A stretch of 64,000 bases of DNA from Macrostomum lignano (GCA_002269645.1 NIVC01000873.1:184725-248724), one strand, 5' to 3'; shown: positions 13,600 through 27,629, counted from the stretch's first letter. A program made the numbers and translations. Notes: generated by a model not told the origin, from the sequence alone.

Positions 13600-14724
13600 G
13601 CAGCAGCTTGGCCCTGAAGTGTGTCTGAGAGTAGGTTGCAGCAGCTTGGCCCTGAAGTGTGTCTGAGAGTAGGTTGCAGCAGCTTGGCCCTGAAGTGTGT
13701 CTGAGAGTAGGTTGCAGCAGCTTGGCCCTGAAGTATCTGAGGGTAGGTTGCAGCTTGACCCTGAAGTATCTGAGAGTAGGTTGCAGCTTGACCCTGAAGT
13801 ATCTGAGAGTAGGTTGCAGCTTGACCCTGAAGTATCAGAGAGAGGTATAGGCTTCGCCCTGAAGTATCTGAGAGTAGGTAGGAGCAGCTTAGCCCTGAAG
13901 TATCCGAGAGTAGGTAGCAGTAGCTTGGCCCTGAAGTATCTGAGGGTAAGTATAGACTTGGCCCTGAAGTATCATCTGAGGGTAGGTATAGACTTGGCCC
14001 TGAAGTATCTGAGGGTAGGTATAGACTTGGCCCTGAAGTATCATCTGAGGGCAGGTATAGACTTGGCCCTGAAGTATCATCTGAGGGTAGGTATAGACTT
14101 GGCCCTGAAGTATCTGAGGGTAGGTATAGACTTGGCCCTGAAGTATCATCTGAGGGTAGGTATAGACTTGGCCCTGAAGTATCTGAGGGTAGGTATAGAC
14201 TTGGCCCTGAAGTATCATCTGAGGTTAAGTATGGACTTGGCCCTGAAGTATCTGAGGGCAGGTATAGACTTGGCCCTGAAGTATCATCTGAGGGCAGGTA
14301 TAGACTTGGCCCTGAAGTATCTGAGGGTAGGTATAGACTTGGCCCTGAAGTATCATCTGAGGGTAGGTATAGACTTGGCCCTGAAGTATTTGAGGGTAGG
14401 TAGCAGCAGCTTGGCCCTGAAGGATCTGAGGGTAGTATTAGCTTGTCCCTGAAGGATCTGAGGGTAGTATTAGCTTGTCCCTGAAGGATCAGAAGGTAGT
14501 ATTATCTTGTCCCTGAAGGATCTGAGGGTAGTATTAGCATGTCCCTGAAGGATCAGAAGGTAGTATTAGCTTGTCCCTGAAGGATCTGAGGGTAGTATTA
14601 GCTTGTCCCTGAAAGACCTGAGAGTAGTATTAGCTTGTCCCTAAAGAATCTGAGGGTAGTATTAGCTTGTCCCTTAAGGATCTGAGGTTAGATATTAGCT
14701 TGGCCCTGAAATATCTGAAGGTAA
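13600..14724. repeat. Minisatellite with 33-38 bp units (ccctgaagtatctgagggtaggtatagacttgg and variants)
   Basis: Direct tandem periodicity; the unit sequence drifts along the array. Confidence 0.95.
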
Positions 14725-15124
14725 ACAGCCTAAAACAAGCAAACAGACAGTACTGCAATGCTTGCGAGTGTATAAAAAGCAGTAAAGCTTGTTTTATGAT
14801 GACGAGTAAACACTCAAGAAATAGTGTGAGACTATAAATGACGGAAGAAACTTATAAGCAATAACTTATAATTGCTCCACACTCTGTTTTTGTGGTCTGT
14901 AAAACTGTTGAATCGTAGCTCTTGATACAGTCGTTTAAGTGCTAAAATTTTACTAGCTGTGGTGTAAGACTGGCTATAAAATTTCACTCATACTCTGGTC
15001 GGGGCGCCTCGCTGTCTATCGTCTAACTTTATAATGTTGATGTTTTTGAGTGTGCCTTGTAAAATATTTCAGAGGCGAAAGCTGTGTCCAATTGTGTTTA
15101 GATCTTTGTTTAGGAGAGTTGGCG

Positions 15125-15810
15125 CTAGAAGGGGAGTTGCTTCGCTAGAAGGGGTGCTGGCTGCGCTAGGAGGGCTGCTGGCTGCTCCAGAAGAGGCGCC
15201 GGGGCGCTAGAAGGAGTGCTCGGGCGCTAGGAAGGGTGCTTGGGGCGCTAGAAGGAGAGTTGCTGCGCTAGAAGGGGTGCTGGGGCGCTAGAAGGAGAGT
15301 TGCTGCGCTAGAAGGGGTGCTGGGGCGCTAGAAGGAGAGTTGCTGCAGCTGCGCTAGAAGGGGTGCTGGGGGCGCTAGAAGGAGAGTTGCTGCGCTAGAA
15401 GGGGTGCTGGGGGCGCTAGAAGGAGTGCTCGGGCGCTAGGAAGGGTGCTTGGGGCGCTAGAAGGAGTGCTCGGGCGCTAGGAAGGGTGCTTGGGGCGCTA
15501 GAAGGAGAGTTGCTGCGCTAGAAGGGGTGCTGGGGCGCTAGAAGGAGAGTTGCTGCAGCTGCGCTAGAAGGGGTGCTGGGGGCGCTAGAAGGAGTGCTCA
15601 GGCGCTAGGAAGGGTGCTTGGGGCGCTAGAAGGGGTGCTGGGTGCTCTAGAAAGGATGCTGGGAGCTCTAGAAGGGGTGCTGGGGGCGCTAGGAGAGTTG
15701 CTGCGCTAGAAGGGGTGCTGGGGGGCGCTAGAAGGAGAGTTGCTGCACTAGAAGGGGTGCTGGGGGCGCTAGAAGGAGAGTTGCTGCGCTAGAAGGGGTG
15801 CTGCGCTGGG
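15125..15810. repeat. G-rich minisatellite with ~20-21 bp units (gcgctagaaggggtgctgggg)
   Basis: Direct tandem periodicity. Confidence 0.93.
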
Positions 15811-16520
15811 GAAGCGGCGTTCTGTCAACAGAGAAGTGCTGGGCGTGCTGAGAAGCCTCAGTCTCATTATCTCTAGTCTGCCTTCCAGTCGTGACGGAAC
15901 GCGGTTAATGCGACAATACGTGCTCTGAAAGGGTTGGGTCATAGTTAATCAATTTGATTAGTTTTTTATTTTTTTACTCTAGGTAAGCTACTTTTCTTTC
16001 TCAAACAGAGAGAGAGAGAGCGGCGAAAGAATTGAAGAGCTCATGGCTCAGCTAAAGTAATTGGCGCAATAAAAATTGAAAAAAGAAACCGGAACAGTCT
16101 ACACAAAGTCTGCACATTGGTTTGAGAACGGCATTGCATTGCATTAGGTTCGCGCTCTTTTTTCACGGCACTCCAGCTGGCTTCAATGCTACTCACTGCA
16201 TGGCTATTGTTTCCCCAGCTCTCTCGCGCCTCTTTGTCCACTGCGCTGGGTATTGGTGAGGTGAGGCAGGCAAAGCAGTGCTTGGGGAAGGGAGGGGGGC
16301 TATTTATTCACGCTGTTCTCAATTTCGCATGCAGGCTTCACTGTACCACTTGGACTCTCTTCAAACTCTCTAACTGTCTGCGCGTCACACCTCTCCTTCT
16401 CACCCTAACTCATTTTCCTAAGCTAGCCTGCTTTTCTATACTGTGTTTACTCAATATTGGGCAATTGAGAAGGGAGGGTATATAGAGAGGTTTTTTTAGT
16501 TGAGAAGAGAAGAGGTCTAC

Positions 16521-16554
<34 letters not shown>

Positions 16555-17692
16555 CCTCCCTAGTTGACACTCACACCAAACTATAATTCATGTGCACTCG
16601 CTCACTCACTGACGCGGCTCTATTATTCTGCATGCATATATATATATATATTATAAAGCTAAAGTTTAGTTAGCTGCATTAACAGAAAAGAGGTGAGGAA
16701 TTGAGTAATGGGATTACCCAGATATTAATATATATAGAGAGGCCTTGCCTGACTTTGGTGGCCTTCTTTTTCTTTTTTCTTTCTCTCTTCTCTGGATCTC
16801 TGGGCTGTGACTGTCAGTTCCCCAACCCCTACCTCCACCCTGACTGGCTAGCGGCCCCACATTGCGACACACAGTCAGCTTATGGTTGCGAAGGTGAGAG
16901 CGCTCTTTTAGAAGGTATTGGCGGCTTATTCTGTCTCTCCCACCCACCCTCTCTCTTTCTCTCCGGTCTGTCGTCATTTTCTTTGAAAGGCAAGTCCCCG
17001 AAACCCTCCCCAGCGACACCCCTTCTGACACCTAACCCCCCCCCCCCCGGGTGCCTGGCAGAATCAAGAATTCCTTTCTCTATTCTATCTAGAAGCAGAA
17101 AATAAATTGTGTGAAGCCAGAATCTGAAGGACGCTTGCAGAAGGCGGGTAAAGGCGGCAGCGTTCAGGCAACACCCCGTCTTCTCATTTTTTGCGTCGCG
17201 CGCGCAAGTGTGGCTGTTCACACCTTTACCTTTCCTTCTTCTCTTCAGAGCCAAGCCACCGTGTGACTGCCCGGGCTTTGACGTCCAACCCCTGGCCTTG
17301 GCCCGTTCCTGCAAACCCAACCTTCTCTCTCTCTCTCTCTCTCTATGCGTTTTTTAAATAGCTGCGACAGCGCGAGACACCTTTATATCTGATACTCTCT
17401 ATAGATTTTGCCAGCATTCAACAGGGCCTTAAGAAACTGACTTGAGTTTGCCTCAAACTCCCTGTTTACAACTCCCTAACGTTTTGTGGCGCACTTCCTG
17501 AATTTTTTGAGCATCCAGTGAGTGAGCTGTATTCATTGTTTTTGTGCTACCATTTCCGTGTCTTAGAACTGTCAATCATTCTTAGATTTACCTGCTTTTA
17601 GTGTTGAGTAACAGTTAAAACATATTTTAGATCGATATTTTAGTTTTTTAGATAATATAAAGTCTAGTTTCAATTTTTTTTCCAAAACCTCA

Positions 17693-17897
17693 TAATCCGC
17701 TTCCCCTTGTCTATTAGAGGATAATCCGCTGCTCCCTTGTCTATTAGAGGATAATCCGCTGCCCCCTGTCTATTAGAGGATAATCCGCTGCCCCTTGTCT
17801 ATTAGAGGATAATCCGCTGCCCCCTGTCTATTAGAAAGGATAATCCGCTTCCCCTTATCTATTAGAGGATAATCCCATACCCTCCTATTAGAGGATA
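17693..17897. repeat. About 29-bp tandem repeat (tctattagaggataatccgctgccccttg)
   Basis: About 7 copies immediately upstream of the receptor's splice acceptor. Confidence 0.9.
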
Positions 17898-17941
17898 AAT
17901 CTAGAGATTTAAGCTCCGTGCCGACCCCCGTTGCCTTGCAG

Positions 17942-19771
17942 TCCGCTTCCCCAGGGCCAGAAATGTCAGGCGGCGGCAGCAGCAGACTGCGCGACCGCAA
18001 CGCCACGGTGATCCTTTGTGCCTGCCAGCCGCCAGATGCCAGGCACTGCCCGGCAGGCCAGTGCGCCACGACCTCCAGCTGTTACGCCAAGCTGCACCCT
18101 ACAGCTGGCAGCAGCGAGCTGGGCTGCTTCAGCAACCGAACCGAAGGCCATCACGAGCTGGACAGAATGCAGTGCCGATCCAAAGCCCGCCGACTCCAGG
18201 CCGGCGAAGGCGCTCAAAACGTGTTCTGCTGCGGTAATGCGGACTTCTGCAATAGAAATCTCACTAGCGGCTTGGACATTGGCGAGATTGACCAAGCCGG
18301 CAGGACCGCCAAGCTGCCATCGGCTGCGTCAACCAGGCAGGCATCTGGCCGGAGCGCTTCGGCTGCATCGCCGGGCGCCGCCTTTCTGACGCCGGAGCAC
18401 GCAGCCCTGCTAGCCGTGGTGGCAGCGATGGCCGTAGCCCTGGCAGTCAGTTTAGCGCTGCTATTCCTGCTGTTCCTCAGGCGTCGTCAACGAAGAAAAG
18501 GCGGCGGCGGCGGCGGCAGAGGCAACGTGAACATCGGGGACCTCGGCATCCTCGGCGGCCAGGCTGACTGCGGCGGCGCTCTGGTGGTGTCGCCCTCGTC
18601 CAGCTACCAGCAGCAGTCGTACGGGCCGCCAATTGCGGTGGCAGCAGCCGCCGATCCCAGACTGCCGGCCTCGCTATCCAGCCAGTGCGTGACCGACACC
18701 GCGCTGACCAGCTCCGCCCTGACTGCCAGTTTCGACCTGTCATCTGGCAGCGGTCGGGGAGTGCCGTTCCTATTCGATCGCAGCGTCGCCCAGCAGGTCA
18801 AGCTGATCCGGCAGGTCGGCCAAGGCCGCTACGGCTCCGTGTGGGCCGGCCAGTACATGGGCGGCCGTCTGGCCGTGAAGATCTTCTGCTCCAGAGATGA
18901 GGCCAGCTTCCGTCGGGAATGCCAGATGTACACCAGCTTCCCGCTTGGCCACGAGAGTATACTGACATTCCGGGCTAGCGACATCACCAGCCGGGAGGGC
19001 TGCACCCAGTTCTGGCTGATCTCCGAGTACCACCCGCTTGGCTCGCTGCACGACTTCCTTCAACGGGAGCCGCCGCTGCCAGCCCGCCTGGGCCTTCAGC
19101 TGGCCCTGGGCGCCCTGTCCGGCCTCTGCTATCTGCACACCGAGGTTCGCGGCCTGCACGGCAAGCCGGCCATCGCACACAGGGACGTGAAGTCCAGGAA
19201 CATCCTAGTGAAGGAGAACCTGACCTGCTGCATAGCCGATCTCGGCCTGGCCGTGGTTGCTAGGGAGAAAGCGCCGCCCGAGATGCCGCCCAAGTCCGCT
19301 CGGGTTGGCACTAAGCGCTACATGCCGCCGGAACTGCTGGCTGACAGCTTCAACTGGCACGAGTTTGAGGCGTATAAATCTGCTGACGTGTACAGCATGG
19401 GCCTGGTGCTGTGGGAGATCGGCATCCGCATGGTCACTGAGGCCGGCTCGGCGCGGCCCTACGGCCTGCCCTATCACGAATTTGTTGGCATCGATCCGAG
19501 CTTTGACGAAATGAAAGAAATTGTCTGCCAGCGTCAACTGCGACCGGGCCTGCCGGACAGCTGGGCGGACAGCGCCACAATGCAAGCTTATCAGGCCCTG
19601 CTGGCTGAGCTGTGGCATGAGCTGCCGGCTGCCAGGCTGCCAGCCCTGCGAGCTGTCATGGATTTGACTCGGCTGGCTGAGCGACTGCCGCCGAACTCTG
19701 CGGAACTGTTGCAGAAGCAGCAGATGCTGATGGACACGGAGCCACTGTTAGCCGCGCGGAATGGCGTTTAG
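17942..19771 (+). CDS. ACVR1: TGF-beta/BMP type I receptor Ser/Thr kinase, ALK1/2 (Saxophone) class; large exon, 5' end unresolved
   Basis: Cys-rich ectodomain ending in the Cys box CCGNADFCN, a TM helix (AALLAVVAAMAVALAVSLALLFLLFL), GS box SSGSGRG, and kinase motifs GQGRYG, AVKIF, HRDVKSRN, DLG, GTKRYMPPE. The L45 loop ASDITSREGCTQFWL resembles ALK2 ASDMTSRHSSTQLWL. Acceptor ttgcag ends at 17941 (phase 0); first ATG at 17963; no signal peptide in this exon. Confidence 0.93.
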   Translation, partial: SASPGPEMSGGGSSRLRDRNATVILCACQPPDARHCPAGQCATTSSCYAKLHPTAGSSELGCFSNRTEGHHELDRMQCRSKARRLQAGEGAQNVFCCGNADFCNRNLTSGLDIGEIDQAGRTAKLPSAASTRQASGRSASAASPGAAFLTPEHAALLAVVAAMAVALAVSLALLFLLFLRRRQRRKGGGGGGRGNVNIGDLGILGGQADCGGALVVSPSSSYQQQSYGPPIAVAAAADPRLPASLSSQCVTDTALTSSALTASFDLSSGSGRGVPFLFDRSVAQQVKLIRQVGQGRYGSVWAGQYMGGRLAVKIFCSRDEASFRRECQMYTSFPLGHESILTFRASDITSREGCTQFWLISEYHPLGSLHDFLQREPPLPARLGLQLALGALSGLCYLHTEVRGLHGKPAIAHRDVKSRNILVKENLTCCIADLGLAVVAREKAPPEMPPKSARVGTKRYMPPELLADSFNWHEFEAYKSADVYSMGLVLWEIGIRMVTEAGSARPYGLPYHEFVGIDPSFDEMKEIVCQRQLRPGLPDSWADSATMQAYQALLAELWHELPAARLPALRAVMDLTRLAERLPPNSAELLQKQQMLMDTEPLLAARNGV

Positions 19772-19904
19772 TATTCTGCTAAATAATTCATTTAAGCTGG
19801 GGTAATTGATTCTCATTGTTCCAATTTATAAGTTTTATATAATTCCTCTTCTTTGCCTTCTAGGCTGAGCGATAATTAGCCATTGATTGATTGCAAATCT
19901 GTCA

Positions 19905-20410
19905 CTAAATAATTAGCTACCTGAGTATTGACTAATTAGCTACCTGAATGTTGACTAATTAGCTACCTGAATATTGACTAATTAGCTACCTGAATATTAA
20001 CTAGTTAGCTACCTGAATATTGACTAATTAGCTACCTGAATATTGAATAATTAGCTACCTGAATATTGACTAATTAGCTACCTGAATATTAACTAGTTAG
20101 CTACCTGAATATTGACTAATTAGCTACCTGAATATTGAATAATTAGCTACCTGAATATTGACTAATTAGCTACCTGAATATTGGCTAATTAGCTACCTGA
20201 ATATTGGCTAATAAGCTACCTGAATATTGACTAATTAGCTACCTGAATATTAACTAGTTAGCTACCTGAATATTGACTAATTAGCTACCTGAATATTGAA
20301 TAATTAGCTACCTGAATATTGGCTAATTAGCTACCTGAATATTGACTAATTAGCTACCTGAATATTGGCTAATTAGCTACATGAAAGGTGAATATCTACT
20401 AATTAGCTAT
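19905..20410. repeat. 23-bp minisatellite (taattagctacctgaatattgac)
   Basis: About 22 tandem copies downstream of the receptor stop codon. Confidence 0.95.
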
Positions 20411-21429
20411 CTAAGATTGCCTGAAGGGTTATTCCGCATTGCGCCATCTGTTCTATAATTAAAATAGAACACATTTAATCTTTAAGTCAGTGTATAAAAA
20501 ATCTGTAAATCTGTACATCTGAACTGCCGATCGGCACAGGTCATCACCTTTCTCTTGCAAAGCTTGCAAAGGTTTCTTCTTTTATGAGTACAGCTACACC
20601 CATTGCCGCTAATGGCTGTTATATAGCCGCAGTCTTTCCTGCTATTCTGCACTTTCGAATAATCTCTATATACATAAAATATATGCTAACGCAGCTGTAT
20701 ATCGGCGGTGTGGAAATTCTCTATATACAGAATAGGCTATTGATATTAGTACATCATATTTTATAAATATGCTGAGCACACTCGGAATCTATTACATATG
20801 TATACATATTGCGCTAAAATTAATTAATGTATTATTCATAATTGGCATTCATTAGCTTGCCAATTTAAATTGTTCTGCAATTTCTATTTATTCAGTTTAT
20901 TATGCATAAATAAATATGCACACAAGTACATAATTACAGGGATGCGCGCTATTTGATAAATTCTGTGTCAAATTCGTTGAGAAAATTGTTTTAAAAATGG
21001 CTGAATTATTTGCTAAATCAATTGTTGGCATTCTACTACTGAATTGTTAGTAGTGCTTGTGGAACCTGGAGTTCGTAATAAGGTCTGTCTGCTCTCGTAC
21101 ATGTAGTACATGTAGTGATCAAAATGCAGCCAATGATTTATGATCCAGAAGACAGATAAATGACGTACGTTAATTAAGGAGCTTTAAGAATCAATAAAAA
21201 TCTCAATAAGAATACACTGCATTTGGCTGATGCCTCATCCTTATAGCTCCAAATTTTCAAATGATGGTACATGAGACTCTCATCGGTGGTGAATCGCCCG
21301 ACAACCTTCAGGCCTGTACATGTACACTCTGTTGCCGAGGGGGCTGGCTCTCATCGGTGGTGAATCGCCCGACAACCTTCAGTCGAAACTTCGTTGGCAA
21401 ACTTTTAGCTGGAATTGAGATCTGAGAAG

Positions 21430-21530
21430 AGACGCAAACCTTGAGCGGGCCGGGTTGCTATTGTGAAGTTTTACAGGACCCGAGGGCCAGATGGAGAGGC
21501 TTCGCGGAGTTTGCCGACCCCCGCCCTTAA
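21430..21530 (-). mobile_element. hAT-type MITE end fragment (related copy at 35075-35157)
   Basis: About 70 nt shared with 35077-35145 (aaaccttgagcgggccgg.ttgctattgtgaa.ttt.a.aggacccgagggcc). The minus strand begins ggggtcggcaaactccg, a hAT-like terminus. Confidence 0.55.
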
Positions 21531-21688
21531 GCCAATGTTTGGTGCCCAACGAGTCCCAAATCGAACTAAGGGGTCTTTGGCTGCCCTGCTCTGTAAAAGA
21601 TTGGGAGCATGCCAATGCTTTGTTCCCCCACCTAACTTTGTGTCCCGTTATGGAAATCAATAATTATGCTTCAGGGCGACAAAACATA

Positions 21689-22332
21689 GTGCCTGCAGCG
21701 CTAAAATGAGTGCCTGCAGCGCTAAAATGAGTGCCTGTGGCGCTAAAATGAGTGCCTGCAGCGCTAAAATGAGTGCCTGCGGCGCTAAAATGAGTGCCTG
21801 CAGCGCTAAAATGAGTGCCTATGGCGCTAAAATAAGTGCCTATGGTGCTTAAATGAGTGCCTGCAGCGCTAATATGAGTGCCTGCAGCGCTAAAATGAGT
21901 GCCTGCAGCGCTAAAATGAGTGCCTGCAGCGCTAAAATGAGTGCCTGCAGCGCTAAAATGAGTGCCCGCAGCGCTAAAATGAGTGCCTGCAGCGCTAAAA
22001 TGAGTGCCTATGGCGCTAAAATAAGTGCCTATGGTGCTTAAATGAGTGCCTGCAGCGCTAATATGAGTGCCTGCAGCGCTAAAATGAGTGCCTGCAGCGC
22101 TAAAATGAGTGCCTGCAGCGCTAAAATGAGTGCCTGCAGCGCTAAAATGAGTGCCCGCAGCGCTAAAATGAGTGCCTGCAGCTAAAATGAGTGCCTGCAG
22201 CTAAAATGAGTGCCCGCAGCGCTAAAATGAGTGCCCGCAGCGCTAAAATGAGTGCCCGCAGCGCTAAAATGAGTGCCCGCAGCGCTAAAATGAGTGCCCG
22301 CAGCGCTAAAATGAGTGCCTGCAGCGCTAATA
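21689..22332. repeat. 21-bp minisatellite (gtgcctgcagcgctaaaatga)
   Basis: About 30 tandem copies. Confidence 0.95.
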
Positions 22333-22567
22333 CGATCGCCGAGCGCTGAAACTTCACCGATTCTAAAAATAACATGTACGAACGTAAATGTACATGTATA
22401 ATTCTTGGCTTTGTACCCCACCATAAAATCCATGGCGACGCCCCTGTCTATGGCATTTAGTCAGCTCTGCCTATTGAAATGAAAGAGGTAATTAAAGTTA
22501 ACTGACTAGCCATTTACGGTAAGTGCTTTTGATAAAATTCGTATTTCGCAGAGAAAAAAATCAAAGG

Positions 22568-25431
<2,864 letters not shown>

Positions 25432-25624
25432 GCTCGCAATTCAGCATCAAAGCTCTTAAAGTGTTGCCAACCAATTGAACCGACAACTTTAAGTTTCCGT
25501 TAACATAGGGATTAAGGCTAGTTTTTGTAAACTAAAAATAGATTAAAAGTAGTTTAAATATTTTATTTTAATAAATTTTTAACAGAAAAATCTTTTCTGT
25601 CTGTCGGTTTTTTTGTTGCTCCTC

Positions 25625-26082
25625 TGTGACCCATCTAATGACCTATCCAGTGACCCAAGAGGTGACCCATGTTAATGACCGATCCAGTGACCTACCCAGT
25701 GACCCACCCAGTGACTCATATCCAATAACCCACCCTGTGAACCATTCAATGCCCCACCCATGTGACCCATCCAATGACCCGCCCATGTGACCCATCCAAT
25801 GACCCACCCATGTGACCCATCCAATGCCCCACCCATGTGACCCATCCAATGCCCCACCCATGTGACCCATCCAATGCCCCACCCATGTGACCCATCCAAT
25901 GCCCCACCCATGTGACCCATCCAATGACCCACCCATGTGACCCATCCAATGCCCCACCCATGTGACCCATCCAATGCCCCACCCATGTGACCCATCCAAT
26001 GCCCCACCCATGTGACCCATCCAATGCCCCACCCATGTGACCCATCTAATGACCCGCCCAGTGACCCGTCCAGTGACCCATC
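25625..26082. repeat. 25-bp minisatellite (gtgacccatccaatgccccacccat)
   Basis: Tandem array between two convergent genes. Confidence 0.93.
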
Positions 26083-26297
26083 TCACTCTGACAAAGAAGT
26101 ACATGTAGTAAAGAATTCGGAACTCGAAATTTTCGGAAAATCTCTGACACGCGACGCAGGCAATGCACGCAGCTTCTTAATTATACTACTTATAGTATGC
26201 AAGCTCTGTGAAAGGATGCTCGAACAAGCTGAGGATACACTAATTTAGCATACAGTACTTGTAATGTCGAAAAATGCAACAGAGAGCCAACAATCAC

Positions 26298-27263
26298 TCA
26301 GTACGGAGTCAGAGCTCCGTTGCCAGACGACCGCACAGCCAGCAGCACAGCTAGCAGCGTTACTATGGCAACCAGGGCAGCAACCAGCACGGCGGCGGCT
26401 ATCAGGCGAGCGCGTCTCAACCGGCCAGCCAGCTGGAAGTCGATGATCACCGCCGATTCGAGATTGTCGGCTGCCGATTCGCACAGTTCGCCGGCGGCCT
26501 CCACCGCGGCGCGAACCTCGGCCAGCGCCGGGCCGTCCGCGGCTAGCAGCGCCCTGACCGACAGCATCAGCGTCAGCAGCTCGGACAGTCGCTCGGACAG
26601 GCCGCCGGCGGCCTCGTTGAAGTCGGCGTCACGGCACTCGGCAGCGAGAGCACCCCGGCTGAGCAGCAGGCCGGCGAACCGCCTCTCCAGCCGGACCAGC
26701 CGCCGCTCCGCAGAATCCGCCTGCAGTCGCCGGATTCTCCGCAGCGTCGGGCACGTTGACGAATCGACGCTGTCGACCTCGGCGGGTTCAACAGCGAATC
26801 TGGCCAGCGCCGAGCGGAACGCGGCGATCCGGGACGTCAGCGCCAGCCCGACCGTCAGGCTCAGCTCGGCGCCGCTGCTCTCCGCGTCAGCTGACCGCAG
26901 CGCCGCCTCCAGCGAGTCCAGCTGAGACTGCAGCTCCGCCGCGGCCGTCAGCAGTCGGCGCGCCGCTTCCACCGAGGCGCCCTCAGGCGGCTCCGGCGTC
27001 AGGCTTGTCGCGGACGACGGGACGTCGGCGAGCCGCGGCGGCTGACCGTCACCGCCCGCCGACGAGTCCAGCTGCATCAGCGGCCGCCATCGTCTCCACT
27101 GCCGCTGCCACCAAGGCCGCCCTGGCTGGAACTGGACCCTGGTCACCAGCTCCAGCTCATCGCCCGGACCATCCTCGGCAATCTGGTCCAGCCGCAGCAG
27201 CCGCCGCCTCTCATGCTCCTCGCTGGCCGCTAGCAGCTCCTGGGTTCGATCTCGAACTATCTT
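26298..27263 (-). CDS. STX: Divergent syntaxin (Qa-SNARE, syntaxin-1/4-like), single exon, no genomic ATG at the N-terminus
   Basis: The frame is open from the acceptor cctag at 27263: KIVRDRTQELL (cf. syntaxin-1 MKDRTQEL). Habc-like helices include RRIRRLQADSAERRL (cf. LRIRKTQHSTLSRKF). SNARE-like ELLTLMLSVRALLAADG...AVEAA, then a C-terminal TM (LIAAAVLVAALVAIVTLLAVLLAV). Confidence 0.72.
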   Translation of the reverse strand, partial: KIVRDRTQELLAASEEHERRRLLRLDQIAEDGPGDELELVTRVQFQPGRPWWQRQWRRWRPLMQLDSSAGGDGQPPRLADVPSSATSLTPEPPEGASVEAARRLLTAAAELQSQLDSLEAALRSADAESSGAELSLTVGLALTSRIAAFRSALARFAVEPAEVDSVDSSTCPTLRRIRRLQADSAERRLVRLERRFAGLLLSRGALAAECRDADFNEAAGGLSERLSELLTLMLSVRALLAADGPALAEVRAAVEAAGELCESAADNLESAVIIDFQLAGRLRRARLIAAAVLVAALVAIVTLLAVLLAVRSSGNGALTPY

Positions 27264-27629
27264 CTAGGCCTTCTTAATATCGATTTTTTAACCTGTGTTG
27301 CCGCCAACCCGAAACTCAAATCAAAGAGTTTTAGCGCTCCGCGGGGCTCCTCTAGGCGGCTCCAAGCCAGGCTATTAGTCACCCTGATAACAGTCAGGTA
27401 AGATAGCTGAGTAGGTTGAGCACACCTCACTCCGGAGCTGTGCGCTTGACTTTTTTGTTGCTTTTAACAAAAAGCGTGCAAAAATATGTAAGCGATTTTA
27501 TAAATTTGGACTTTGAGCGGGGAGTGCCAACTTGGGGAGGGGGATTGCGCACTGTGCTACAGGTAAACAGCTTTCTTTCCTTTGCACACTTGGATGTACC
27601 GCATGTGCAATTTTACAGCTAAGAAATTC

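Noticed and set aside
13697-14452. 251-aa ALKYLRVGIDL repeat ORF
   Set aside because: Minisatellite translation with no supporting gene structure.
21277-21382. CRISPR-like repeat-spacer-repeat (35/36/35 bp)
   Set aside because: Only two repeats, no cas genes, and a clearly eukaryotic intron-containing context.
21379-21660. Apparent TONSL paralogue fragment (similarity to 35077-35145)
   Set aside because: The shared 70 nt lies inside TONSL intron 2 and carries a hAT-like terminus, so it is a MITE, not coding sequence.
26320-27277. Plus-strand 201-aa and 173-aa ORFs
   Set aside because: Antisense shadows of the GC-rich syntaxin exon.
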